Positions 31,478-42,749 of a stretch of 64,000 nt of DNA are shown here, piece after piece. The stretch lies in the NCBI GenBank assembly GCA_017934425.1, contig JAGBJO010000029.1:10050-74049 (forward strand). Reading direction: 5' to 3'. The notes below the pieces were generated by a model that saw only the letters and a list, made by a program, of their open reading frames with translations, was not told where the DNA came from and ran no database searches. The DNA comes from Ruminococcus sp. Lineage in GTDB: Bacteria; Bacillota; Clostridia; Oscillospirales; Ruminococcaceae. Position 1 is the stretch's first letter; the number at the start of each line of letters is the position of its first letter. The position numbers and the translations under genes were made by a program.

Positions 31478-32503
31478 ATGACTGATACTGGTACTGCTGT
31501 TGTAAAGAGCGAAAGCGAGATAGGCGGCGGACTTACTCCCAAAGAGGCAAAGAAAAAGCGCATGGAGAGTATGACGGAACAGGAAAGGGCTTACGTCCGC
31601 AGAAAAGCCGTCATGGATAAGGTTTGGCCGTTTTTCCGCTTCCTGATACTGTTCGGACTGGGCTTCGTTATCCTGTATCCGCTTATCTATATGGTAAGCT
31701 GTACGTTCCGTGAGAGAAGCGACATGACCGACCCCACTGTTATGTGGATACCCAGACACTATACCCTGAATGTCCTCAAAGAGACACTGACGGCTATGGA
31801 CTTCGTTAACACCCTGAAAACCACTCTGCTGCTGAATATCGGCTGTTCACTGGTACAGGTAGTGTCCTGCGCTATAACAGGCTACGGCTTCGCAAGATTC
31901 AAGTTCAAGGGCAAGGGTCTGCTGTTCGGTATCGTTGTAATGATGATACTCGTTCCCACACAGGTAATTTCCCTGCCGCTGTATACTCAGTTCAGATACT
32001 TCGGCTTCGGAAGCTTCTCCATTAACCTTATTGATACCATGTGGACTATGTATCTGCCTGCCCTTACTGGAAACGGTATCCGCTCAGGACTTATGATACT
32101 CATATTCCGCCAGTTCTTCAAGGGTCTGCCCAGAGAACTGGAGGACGCAGCGTATATCGACGGCTGCGGTCCGTTTATGACATTCGTAAGGGTAATGGTA
32201 CCAAACGCCGCATCATCATTCCTGACAGTATTCCTTTTCTCTGTGGTGTGGTACTGGAATGACTACTATGTAAGTTCCACATTCTTCACCAACACAAAGA
32301 CCGTTGCGCTGATGCTCCAGAACCTTGACACTGAGCTGAAGCTGAGACTTTTCAACTCCGCTACTGTTGAGATCTCACCCCGTGAGCAGATAGTATGGAA
32401 AGAAGCCGGCTGTCTGCTGTCGATCACGCCTATACTCGTTATGTATGTCTTCTTGCAGAAGTACTTCACCGAGGGTATCGAGCGTTCGGGACTTGTGGCT
32501 TGA
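31478..32503 (+). CDS. carbohydrate ABC permease (MalG-type)
   Basis: GYGFARFKFKG, LEDAAYIDGC, WND; start ATG 31478. Confidence 0.93.
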   Translation: MTDTGTAVVKSESEIGGGLTPKEAKKKRMESMTEQERAYVRRKAVMDKVWPFFRFLILFGLGFVILYPLIYMVSCTFRERSDMTDPTVMWIPRHYTLNVLKETLTAMDFVNTLKTTLLLNIGCSLVQVVSCAITGYGFARFKFKGKGLLFGIVVMMILVPTQVISLPLYTQFRYFGFGSFSINLIDTMWTMYLPALTGNGIRSGLMILIFRQFFKGLPRELEDAAYIDGCGPFMTFVRVMVPNAASSFLTVFLFSVVWYWNDYYVSSTFFTNTKTVALMLQNLDTELKLRLFNSATVEISPREQIVWKEAGCLLSITPILVMYVFLQKYFTEGIERSGLVA

Positions 32504-32537
32504 TGCATAATTAATGATCCAAAATGCATAATTATTT

Positions 32538-32579
32538 ATGGAGCGCTGCCGGATATACTGGCGGCGCTCCATATTTTTT
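32538..32579 (+). terminator. intrinsic terminator ending the uptake operon
   Basis: ATGGAGCGCTGCC...GGCGGCGCTCCAT ATTTTTT. Confidence 0.85.
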
Positions 32580-32698
32580 ATCAGGGTATATCGCACTATT
32601 AGATTTCCAATGATTAAACAAATTGCGTGAAGTTTTGTACAATACGCTGAAAATGCTTCTACCTACTTGATTTATTCCAAAAAGGTGGTAAAATATAA

Positions 32699-33035
<337 letters not shown>

Positions 33036-33072
33036 GCCGGATATATCATCACTATTTGAGTAAAGGAGTTAA

Positions 33073-34707
<1,635 letters not shown>

Positions 34708-34773
34708 TATACTGCTTCTAAACAAGAGTATATCCAGCACCCGTTTTAGCGCAATTACTCATAAAGAAGTTTC

Positions 34774-34820
34774 AAGCCATAGTATTTCTGATGTAAGTTC
34801 AGAAGTACTATGGCTTTTTT
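34774..34820 (+). terminator. intrinsic terminator of groESL
   Basis: AAGCCATAGTATTTCTGA...TCAGAAGTACTATGGCTTTTTT. Confidence 0.85.
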
Positions 34821-34891
34821 ATTGACAGAACTTCAATGATGTGCTATAATTGTTACTAAGAATCGTAATTCAGAAGAAGGGGGCGTTTAAC

Positions 34892-35548
34892 ATGACATAT
34901 GAAGATATAGTTCAAAACAAAGAAATACTTGCCTATTATGAGCGAGGCAGTATTGTTTTAGACGCACTGGGATACACAGATCACTCAACAGCCCATACAA
35001 AACTGGTTGCTAACAGAGCTGCTGATCTGCTGAAAGCCTTCAAATACGGACAAGATGTGATTGAACTTGCCAAGATCGCTGGCTTTATGCACGATATAGG
35101 TAATGCGATCAACAGGAACCATCATGCGGAGTATGGCGCTCTGTTAGCAAATGAGATCCTGAAGGAAACCGACCTGACAATTTCAGATCGTGTTCGGATC
35201 GTTTCTGCTATAGCTAACCACGATGAGTCTGACGGAGTTGCATCCGATCCAATCTCTGCGGCACTGATAATCGCAGACAAAACAGATGTTAGAAGAAGCC
35301 GTGTACGTGAAAAAGATCCCATGCTATTTGATATACACGATCGTGTGAATTATGCAGTAACAGCAACAAGACTCAGATATGGTCTGGAAGAAAAGCGGAT
35401 CACGCTCTATCTGACAATTGATGAGAGCATTTGTACGATGTATGAATATTTTGATATATTTCTTAACCGAATGACTATGTGTTCACAGGCTGCCAGAATC
35501 CTGGATAGTCAGTTCTCATTGAAAGTGAATGGTCAGAGGGTTTTGTGA
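34892..35548 (+). CDS. HD-domain metal-dependent phosphohydrolase
   Basis: DH...H, MHDIGN, HH, ADKTD; start ATG 34892; own promoter TTGACA-N17-TATAAT at about 34822-34850. Confidence 0.9.
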   Translation: MTYEDIVQNKEILAYYERGSIVLDALGYTDHSTAHTKLVANRAADLLKAFKYGQDVIELAKIAGFMHDIGNAINRNHHAEYGALLANEILKETDLTISDRVRIVSAIANHDESDGVASDPISAALIIADKTDVRRSRVREKDPMLFDIHDRVNYAVTATRLRYGLEEKRITLYLTIDESICTMYEYFDIFLNRMTMCSQAARILDSQFSLKVNGQRVL

Positions 35549-35589
35549 TAGCGCACATCTGGATCTTGATATAGCACTGTCAGTCATTA

Positions 35590-35622
35590 AGGCAACACCG
35601 CGCTCTCTGTGCGGTGTTGCCT
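35590..35622. repeat. internally deleted copy of the 59314 MITE, probably acting as a terminator
   Basis: AGGCAACACCGC...TCTCTGTGCGGTGTTGCCT; right 19 nt identical to the right end of the 59314..59488 element. Confidence 0.8.
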
Positions 35623-35780
35623 TTATTTTGCGGGCGCTTCTTTTCACTATGGATATATCCGCTACAGGATACCTCTGCTTCTGTTACAAAACGGTTCATT
35701 CAGTTACAATTTAGTCCAGGCTGTTGATTATTTTCACAATATGCGGTATAATCAAAGAAAAAGCAAAGGAGAGTGCATAA

Positions 35781-36392
35781 ATGAGAATCACTGCTGCAAA
35801 CATTATGATGGTCACTGGCTTTTCTGCCCTGATAGGAGCAACTCTGCTGCTGAGTTCCTGCGGTGCGGATCGTTCTGCTTCCCCAGAACCCCAAAGCAGC
35901 CAGCAGTTACAGATATTCACCGAGGCTGAAACTGAGTCTGCTGCTGAAACTGAAACAACGGCTGCCGAAACGACAACTGTTTCTTCCACAACAAAAACAA
36001 AGTCCACCACCACTCAGACCACTTCTGCCGCAGCGGAAGATGATGATACCGTCACAACTGCCGCTGAGGACGTTACTGAGTCATGGTCTGATTACGATGA
36101 CGGTACTTATGTTGCGTACCACTTCCGCAGCAAGAAACTGCTTAACTCCCACTTTGAGAAGCACGGCGATGAGTTTGCGGCTGATTTCGGTTACCAGTCC
36201 GCTGAGGAATATGAACAGGGCGCAAGCGACGTTATCAATAACCCTGATGCCCTCTACAAGACCGAAGCTGAGGACGGCGACGGCGTATACTATATCGAAG
36301 CTACAAACGAGTTCGTTATACTCTCAACAGACGGCTACATCAGAACATATTTCCGCCCCGATGCCGGTATAAAATACTTCAACAAACAGTGA
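35781..36392 (+). CDS. lipoprotein with Thr-rich stalk and C-terminal BECR/RNase-toxin-like domain
   Basis: Lipobox LSSC, T/E/S linker, HFEKHG.EF...Y...A...IRTYFRP..G..YF pattern. Confidence 0.75.
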   Translation: MRITAANIMMVTGFSALIGATLLLSSCGADRSASPEPQSSQQLQIFTEAETESAAETETTAAETTTVSSTTKTKSTTTQTTSAAAEDDDTVTTAAEDVTESWSDYDDGTYVAYHFRSKKLLNSHFEKHGDEFAADFGYQSAEEYEQGASDVINNPDALYKTEAEDGDGVYYIEATNEFVILSTDGYIRTYFRPDAGIKYFNKQ

Positions 36393-36398
36393 GGCACT

Positions 36399-38222
36399 AT
36401 GAATCCAAGACTACCCTATCTGCGTGAGAAAACCTCCAAGCTTACCACGTCGCCGGGAGTTTACATCATGAAAAACAAGGACATGGCGATAATCTATATC
36501 GGTAAGGCTAAAAACCTGAAAAACCGTGTCACCAGTTACTTCCGTGAAAACCCCGACCACCTGCCGAAGGTTGCGGCTATGGTTTCCCATGTGTACGACT
36601 ACGACTTCATCGTTACCGACAGCGAATTTGAGGCGCTGCTGTTGGAGTGCAGTCTCATAAAGCAGCACAAGCCGAAATATAATATCCTGCTGAAAGACGA
36701 CAAGGGCTACCACTATATACGCATCTCCGATGAGCCGTTCCCACGCATCACCAACGAGAAGAATACCAAAGCCGGCGGCACTTATCTCGGTCCATACACC
36801 TCCGGATTCATTACCCGTGAGGCAGTCAGCGAGGCGAACCGGGTATTCATGCTGCCAACCTGTCACAAAGTCTTCCCCCGTGACTTCGGTAAGGGCAGAC
36901 CTTGCCTGAACTACCATATCAAACTGTGTATGGGTGTGTGCCGGGGGAAAATATCCCAAGAAGACTACCAGAGCGCAGTCAATCAGGCTGTAAGCTTTAT
37001 AAAATCCGGCAGCGCTCAGTCCGTGGAACGCATGGAACAGGAAATGCAGGAGGCTGCCGAGGAACTGAACTTCGAGAAAGCTGCAATGCTCCGTGACCGT
37101 ATAGCCGCTGTCCGGAAAGCTGCCGAGAAGCAGAAGATAATCGACAGCGGTGTGGATTCTGCGGATATTATCGGCATTGCGGAATTCTATGACGGGCTGT
37201 ATATTTCGGTGCTGATGTACCGGGAAAAACGGCTTTTCGACAAGGCTGTATTTGAACTGGAAAAGTCCGAGGGCGAGGATATTCTGGGCAGCTTTATGGC
37301 GATGTTCTACCACGGCAGAGAGGATATCCCGAAAACGATAATAGTTGACCATATCCCGGAGGAACACGAACTCATCGAAGCCATGATCGAAAAGCAGACC
37401 GGCAGGAAAACCGTTCTCCACCAGCCACAGAAAGGCAAGCTTGCGGAACTTCTCCGGCTTGCAAAGGACAACAGCGCTGAGTATGCCGCTCTGAAAAATA
37501 ACCGCACCGGCAAGGAAGTCATCGCCCTGGAACAGCTTGGCAAAAGCCTGGGGCTTGAGCATCCGCCTAAGTATATCGAAGCTTACGACATCTCAAACCT
37601 TTCCTCGGAATCAATGGTCGCCGGAATGGTGGTATTCGAGGACGGCAGACCTCTGAAAAATGCGTACAAGCGGTTCACGATAAAGGAACAGGAATACCAG
37701 AACGACTACGGCAGTATGCAGGAAGTCCTCCGCAGAAGGCTTATGCATATCGTCAGCCAGGAGGGTGACGAGTTCTTCACACGCACTCCCGACCTGATAC
37801 TCCTTGACGGCGGTAAAGGTCATGTCAATGCCGTTGCACCTATAATGCGTGAACTGGGGCTGAATATTCCCCTTTTCGGCATGGTCAAGGACAGCAAGCA
37901 CCGTACCCGTGCCATAGCTACCGGCGGACGTGAGATACAGATAAATAACCTGAAAGCCGCATTCGATATGGTCACACGGATACAGGACGAGGTTCACCGT
38001 TATTCAGTTGCGTTCATGCATTCACGGCATAAAAAACGGTCGTATCAGTCAGTGATACTGAGCGTGCCGGGAATAGGTCAGAAAAAACTGGAACGGCTCA
38101 TGCTGCTTTACCGTACTAAAGAACAGTTGCAGGCTGCCGACCCTGAACAGCTTCGCAGCGCCGCAGGTGTCAGCCTTGAAACTGCCCAGGAACTCTATCG
38201 TGTCATACATGAGGAAATGTAG
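36399..38222 (+). CDS. uvrC: excinuclease ABC subunit C
   Basis: GIY-YIG (GVYIM...YIGKAK), UVR domain, DISN, DGGKG, HhH. Confidence 0.98.
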   Translation: MNPRLPYLREKTSKLTTSPGVYIMKNKDMAIIYIGKAKNLKNRVTSYFRENPDHLPKVAAMVSHVYDYDFIVTDSEFEALLLECSLIKQHKPKYNILLKDDKGYHYIRISDEPFPRITNEKNTKAGGTYLGPYTSGFITREAVSEANRVFMLPTCHKVFPRDFGKGRPCLNYHIKLCMGVCRGKISQEDYQSAVNQAVSFIKSGSAQSVERMEQEMQEAAEELNFEKAAMLRDRIAAVRKAAEKQKIIDSGVDSADIIGIAEFYDGLYISVLMYREKRLFDKAVFELEKSEGEDILGSFMAMFYHGREDIPKTIIVDHIPEEHELIEAMIEKQTGRKTVLHQPQKGKLAELLRLAKDNSAEYAALKNNRTGKEVIALEQLGKSLGLEHPPKYIEAYDISNLSSESMVAGMVVFEDGRPLKNAYKRFTIKEQEYQNDYGSMQEVLRRRLMHIVSQEGDEFFTRTPDLILLDGGKGHVNAVAPIMRELGLNIPLFGMVKDSKHRTRAIATGGREIQINNLKAAFDMVTRIQDEVHRYSVAFMHSRHKKRSYQSVILSVPGIGQKKLERLMLLYRTKEQLQAADPEQLRSAAGVSLETAQELYRVIHEEM

Positions 38223-38228
38223 TATCAC

Positions 38229-38263
38229 AGAGCATTGCAGTAAGTACTGCGATGCTCTTTTTT
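38229..38263 (+). terminator. intrinsic terminator
   Basis: AGAGCATTGCAGTA...TACTGCGATGCTCT TTTTTT. Confidence 0.85.
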
Positions 38264-38370
38264 TGCGGTAAATTCACGCAAAATCCATTGACATCTGCGA
38301 TTTTTGATGTTACAATATAACTAACAGAACGCTTCAAAAAAATATCAGCGTTCAGAGAGAAGGAATTACT

Positions 38371-40188
38371 ATGAAGAAAATTGCAAAAACCACCGCTTCT
38401 CTGCTCTCCGCTGCTGTTATGGCACTTTCAGCAGCCGCAGGTATCGCTCCTGCTTACATGAGCGCTGCTCCTATGGCAGCTTCTGCGGTGGACGACACCA
38501 ACGACGACTGGCTCACAGTCAAAGGCAGCCGCATCTACGACATGAACGGCAATGAGGTATGGCTCACCGGTGCGAACTGGTTCGGCTTCAACTGCACTGA
38601 GAACGTTCCCCACTACCTCTGGAGCGGCGATATCGACGATATGGTTCGTGAGATCGCTGACTACGGTATCAACGTGCTGAGAATCCCCGTATCCACCGAG
38701 CTTCTCTATAGCTGGATGATCGGCGAGCCCCTGCCTATCAAGAGCGTAAACCCCAACAACGACCCCTCCTACAGCATCAACGTTGACCTTATCAACCCCG
38801 ACGGCTCTGTTGCCAACAGCCAGCAGACTTTTGAAGTACTCCTGGCTAAGTGCAAGAAGTACGGCATTAAAATGTTCATCGACATTCACAGCCCTGAGTC
38901 AAATAACTCCGGTCATAACTACGGTATCTGGTACGGCAAAACAATGACCAACTTTAAAGACGTTATGGTTGACACTGACCTGTGGATAGAGACTCTTGCA
39001 TGGTGCGCCGACAACTACAAGAACGATGATACCCTTATCGGCTTCGACCTGAAAAATGAGCCTCACAGTACCTACGACGGTGCGCCTGTTGACGCTATCT
39101 GGGACGACTCCGACGCTCCCAATAACTGGAAAAAAGCCGCTCAGGACTGCGCTGACGCTATCCTGGCTAAGAACCCCCATGCACTTATCCTTATTGAGGG
39201 CAACGAGGGCTTCGAGGGTCATGGCGCTTGGTGGGGCGGTAACCTCCGTGGCGTTGCTAAGTACCCTGTAACTCCTAAGGCTGGTACAAGCCAGATAGTT
39301 TACTCTCCCCACGACTACGGCCCGATAGTAAGCGCTCAGACATGGTTCAATAAGGACTTCGACGAGCAGACACTCCTGGACGACTATTGGTACGACACCT
39401 GGGCTTACCTGGTTGACAAAGACCAGTACCCCCTGCTTATCGGTGAGTGGGGCGGACGTATCCCGGAAACTGTTGACGAAAAGACAATTCTTTCAACTCC
39501 CTCATCAACGCTGGACGATACCGAGAAAAACGTTAAGTGGCTCATTCTCCTGCGTAACTATATGATAAAGAACCACATCAACCACACATTCTGGTGCCTT
39601 AACGACGACTCCGGCGATACTGGCGGACTTTGGAAGGGCGTACAGTTCAACGGCGCTACAGGTACAGTTATCGACTGGGATACCTTGAAATACAGCCTGT
39701 TCGAGCCCTCACTCTGGCAGACTGCCACAAGCGGTAAGTATATCGGTCTCGATCACCAGAACGCACTCGGCAAGAACGGTATCTCCCTGAACGACTTCTA
39801 CGCTAACTACGCTTCCACCGAGGGAAGTAACCTTGACGGCGGTACTAAGACAAGCGGTCAGATAGTTACCACTGATACCCCCTCTACAACTGCCACTACC
39901 GTCAGTAACACAACCACAACACAGAACGTTACCACTACTTCCACTGTCACTACTGGCAGCGGCAGTGTTATGCTGGGTGATGCGTTTGTTGACTCGCAAA
40001 TAAGCGTTGCCGATATCGTTTCAGTACTCCAGTACGCCGCAAATAAGGAGAAGTACCACCTCTCCGATGAGGCGCTGAAAAACGCAGACGTTAATGCCGA
40101 CGGCGCTGTAGACGCTAAGGACGCTTTCATTATCCAGAAAGTAGACGCAGGTCTTATCAAACAGTCCGATCTCCCTGTAAAGGACTGA
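38371..40188 (+). CDS. cellulosomal GH5 endoglucanase with Thr linker and dockerin
   Basis: Signal peptide, LKNEPH, YSPHDY, IGEWGG nucleophile, dockerin (GDAFVD...ADVNADGAVDAKDA); promoter TTGACA...TACAAT upstream. Confidence 0.96.
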   Translation: MKKIAKTTASLLSAAVMALSAAAGIAPAYMSAAPMAASAVDDTNDDWLTVKGSRIYDMNGNEVWLTGANWFGFNCTENVPHYLWSGDIDDMVREIADYGINVLRIPVSTELLYSWMIGEPLPIKSVNPNNDPSYSINVDLINPDGSVANSQQTFEVLLAKCKKYGIKMFIDIHSPESNNSGHNYGIWYGKTMTNFKDVMVDTDLWIETLAWCADNYKNDDTLIGFDLKNEPHSTYDGAPVDAIWDDSDAPNNWKKAAQDCADAILAKNPHALILIEGNEGFEGHGAWWGGNLRGVAKYPVTPKAGTSQIVYSPHDYGPIVSAQTWFNKDFDEQTLLDDYWYDTWAYLVDKDQYPLLIGEWGGRIPETVDEKTILSTPSSTLDDTEKNVKWLILLRNYMIKNHINHTFWCLNDDSGDTGGLWKGVQFNGATGTVIDWDTLKYSLFEPSLWQTATSGKYIGLDHQNALGKNGISLNDFYANYASTEGSNLDGGTKTSGQIVTTDTPSTTATTVSNTTTTQNVTTTSTVTTGSGSVMLGDAFVDSQISVADIVSVLQYAANKEKYHLSDEALKNADVNADGAVDAKDAFIIQKVDAGLIKQSDLPVKD

Positions 40189-40210
40189 TTTCTGCTTCGG
40201 GCGGCTTTAC

Positions 40211-40416
40211 TGGGGGGAAACCTTTCTGAAGAAAGGTTCTCCCCCCAGACCCCCTTTCCAAAGACTTTTAGCTTAAAAAAATTTACCCCTGATATGGCGT
40301 ACCATAACTTGCCGAAATTGGCAAATGTGATACGCCATATCAGGGGTAAATTTTTAATCTGGAAGTTTTAGGAAGGGGGTTTGGGGGATAACCCTTTTTC
40401 AAAAGGGTTTCCCCCA
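40211..40416. repeat. REPIN-like nested palindrome (about 206 bp) between convergent genes
   Basis: Two inverted GGGGGAAACC..GGTT.CCCCC hairpins flank a 25-bp perfect inner inverted repeat (40277-40301 / 40331-40355). Confidence 0.85.
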
Positions 40417-40439
40417 ATAGAACCAGCCCAAGGCAGAGA

Positions 40440-42749
40440 TCAGCCCTTTAGAGCGGCACGGCGGATCTTGCCGCTGATGGTTTTGGGGAGTTCGTCACGG
40501 AACTCGACGATTCTGGGGTACTTGTAGGGGGCGGTGTGCTTTTTGACGTAGTCCTGGATCTCCTTTTTCAGCTCGTCAGTGCCTTCCTTGCCCTTTACCA
40601 GTACGATAGAAGCCTTGACCACCTGTCCTCTTACCGGATCGGGGGCAGCGCTTACGCCGCACTCCAGTACATAGGGAAGTTCCATAATAACGCTCTCGAT
40701 CTCGAAAGGTCCGATACGATAGCCGGAGGACTTGATAACGTCGTCAACACGTCCCACGTACCAGTAATAGCCGTCCTCGTCCTTCCAGGCGGTGTCGCCG
40801 GTGTGGTATATGCCGTCGTGCCAAGCTTCCCTGGTCTTTTCCTCGTTATTGTAGTAGCCCAGGAACAGTCCCACGGGAACTTTCTTATCAGTCCTGATGA
40901 TGATCTCGCCGGTTTCGCCGGTCTTGACGGGGTTGCCGTCGGGATCAACAATATCAATATCGTACAGGGCGCTTGGCTTACCCATTGAACCGGGGCGGCA
41001 GGTCATGCCGACGAAGTTACCGATAGCGAGGGTAGTTTCAGTCTGACCGAATCCCTCCATAAGCTTTACGCCGGTAGCGCTGAGGAACTGGTTATATACC
41101 TCAGGATTGAGCGCCTCGCCTGCGACGGTAGCGTACTTTATCGAACTGAGGTCGAACTTGCTCAGATCCTCCTTGATGAAGAAGCGGTACATAGTTGGCG
41201 GAGCGCAGAAAGTAGTGATATTGTACTTCTTGAACATGGGGAGTATCTTATTTGCGTCGAACCTGTCAAAATCATAAACGAATACGCAAGTCTCACTGAG
41301 CCACTGTCCGTAAAGCTTGCCCCAGAGCGCCTTGCCCCAGCCGGTGTCGGAAATAGTGAAGTGGATACCATTTGGGTCAACGTTGTGCCAGTAGCGAGCG
41401 GTGATGAAGTGACCGAGTGCGTACTTATGGCAATGTGTAGCGATTTTCGGGTAGCCAGTCGTACCTGATGTGAAGAACATGAGGTTAGGCTCGCTTCCGC
41501 AGGAAAGCTCCGCCGGGTCAGTGGGACGATCAAAGACATCGCTCTGATCCTTGATACCGTCATCAAACGACAGCCAGCCCTCACGCTCGCCGTGAACGAT
41601 CATGCGTGTGATAGGCATACCGCACTCCTCGATAGCAAGGTCTACCTGGTGTGCAACATCGCCGTCGCCGGTACATACGATAGCCTTAACGTCAGCAGCC
41701 TTGAAGCGGTAGGTGAAATCGTGCTGAACAAGCTGATTTGTAGCCGGGATAACGATCGCACCCAGCTTGTGAAGTGCCACGATAGAGAACCAGAACTGAT
41801 AGTGGCGCTTGAGTACCAGCATGACCTTATCGCCCTTTTTGATGCCGATAGAGCGGAAATAATTAGCGGTCATATTTGAGTACTTCTTTATATCAGCGAA
41901 CGAGAAGCGGCGCTCCTCCATATCGTTGGAAACGTATATTATAGCTGTCTTGTCGGGGCATTTAGCTGCAAGAGCGTCCACAACATCGAAGCCGAAGTTA
42001 AAGGTTTCCTCGTTCTTGAAATTGATAGCAGTCAGAGCGCCCTGCTCGTCAGTTGTCAGTTCCACGAACTTGTCAGCAACGGGGTTTTCGATGTTTGCCA
42101 GGTCAAAATTGGTAACACCAGGAAGTATAACAGGTTCAAGGTTGGAGATAGCGTGGGCAGAGTGCTGGTTCTGACCGAAAACAACGGCGTAGAACTTACA
42201 TTCCTGACCGCCTACAGCCCATTCATCGTGGGGTTCGGAACTGTCGTAGTAGATAGAATCGCCCTCGTTAAGGACTTCCACATTGTCGCCAACTCTTACT
42301 TTAAGCTGACCGCTGATGATGATATCAAGTTCCTGACCCTCATGGGTATGGGGGTGGGGAACACGGAATTTTTCATCTACATAAGGTATCGTAACAAGGA
42401 AAGGCTCGCCTATCTTGTTTCTGAACTTAGGTGCAAGGCGGAGGTAGCTAAGGCCCTTGCGTCTTGCGATAGGCAGACCCTCGCCTTTTCTGGTGATATC
42501 GAAGCTGTTGATACGGGGTGACTCGCCCTCCATAAGGTCAGCGATCTCAACACCGGTAACGTTAGCAAATTTATAGATAAAAGTAAAGCTGAAGTCTTTA
42601 GCTCCGCCCTCATAAGCGTTATACTCATAGACGGACATACCACACTTTTCAGCCATTTCCTCAGGGGAAAGACCTACTGACTCACGGGTGAGCTTAATTC
42701 GCTCAGCGACCTCTCTTATTTTAAACTCGGGATTCATTGAATTACTCAT
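40440..42749 (-). CDS. XRE-HTH + cupin fused to AMP-forming short/medium-chain acyl-CoA synthetase
   Basis: HTH (LSPEEMAEKCGMS), cupin HTHEGQE, FTSGTTGYPK, EGFGQTET, YHTGD, LPKTISGKI; start ATG 42749 after AAAGGAG. Confidence 0.93.
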   Translation of the reverse strand: MSNSMNPEFKIREVAERIKLTRESVGLSPEEMAEKCGMSVYEYNAYEGGAKDFSFTFIYKFANVTGVEIADLMEGESPRINSFDITRKGEGLPIARRKGLSYLRLAPKFRNKIGEPFLVTIPYVDEKFRVPHPHTHEGQELDIIISGQLKVRVGDNVEVLNEGDSIYYDSSEPHDEWAVGGQECKFYAVVFGQNQHSAHAISNLEPVILPGVTNFDLANIENPVADKFVELTTDEQGALTAINFKNEETFNFGFDVVDALAAKCPDKTAIIYVSNDMEERRFSFADIKKYSNMTANYFRSIGIKKGDKVMLVLKRHYQFWFSIVALHKLGAIVIPATNQLVQHDFTYRFKAADVKAIVCTGDGDVAHQVDLAIEECGMPITRMIVHGEREGWLSFDDGIKDQSDVFDRPTDPAELSCGSEPNLMFFTSGTTGYPKIATHCHKYALGHFITARYWHNVDPNGIHFTISDTGWGKALWGKLYGQWLSETCVFVYDFDRFDANKILPMFKKYNITTFCAPPTMYRFFIKEDLSKFDLSSIKYATVAGEALNPEVYNQFLSATGVKLMEGFGQTETTLAIGNFVGMTCRPGSMGKPSALYDIDIVDPDGNPVKTGETGEIIIRTDKKVPVGLFLGYYNNEEKTREAWHDGIYHTGDTAWKDEDGYYWYVGRVDDVIKSSGYRIGPFEIESVIMELPYVLECGVSAAPDPVRGQVVKASIVLVKGKEGTDELKKEIQDYVKKHTAPYKYPRIVEFRDELPKTISGKIRRAALKG

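Noticed and set aside
34892-35548. HD gene as a mobile or defence island
   Set aside because: Codon style looks somewhat different, but it is a common stand-alone HD family with no integrase, flanking direct repeats or partner genes.
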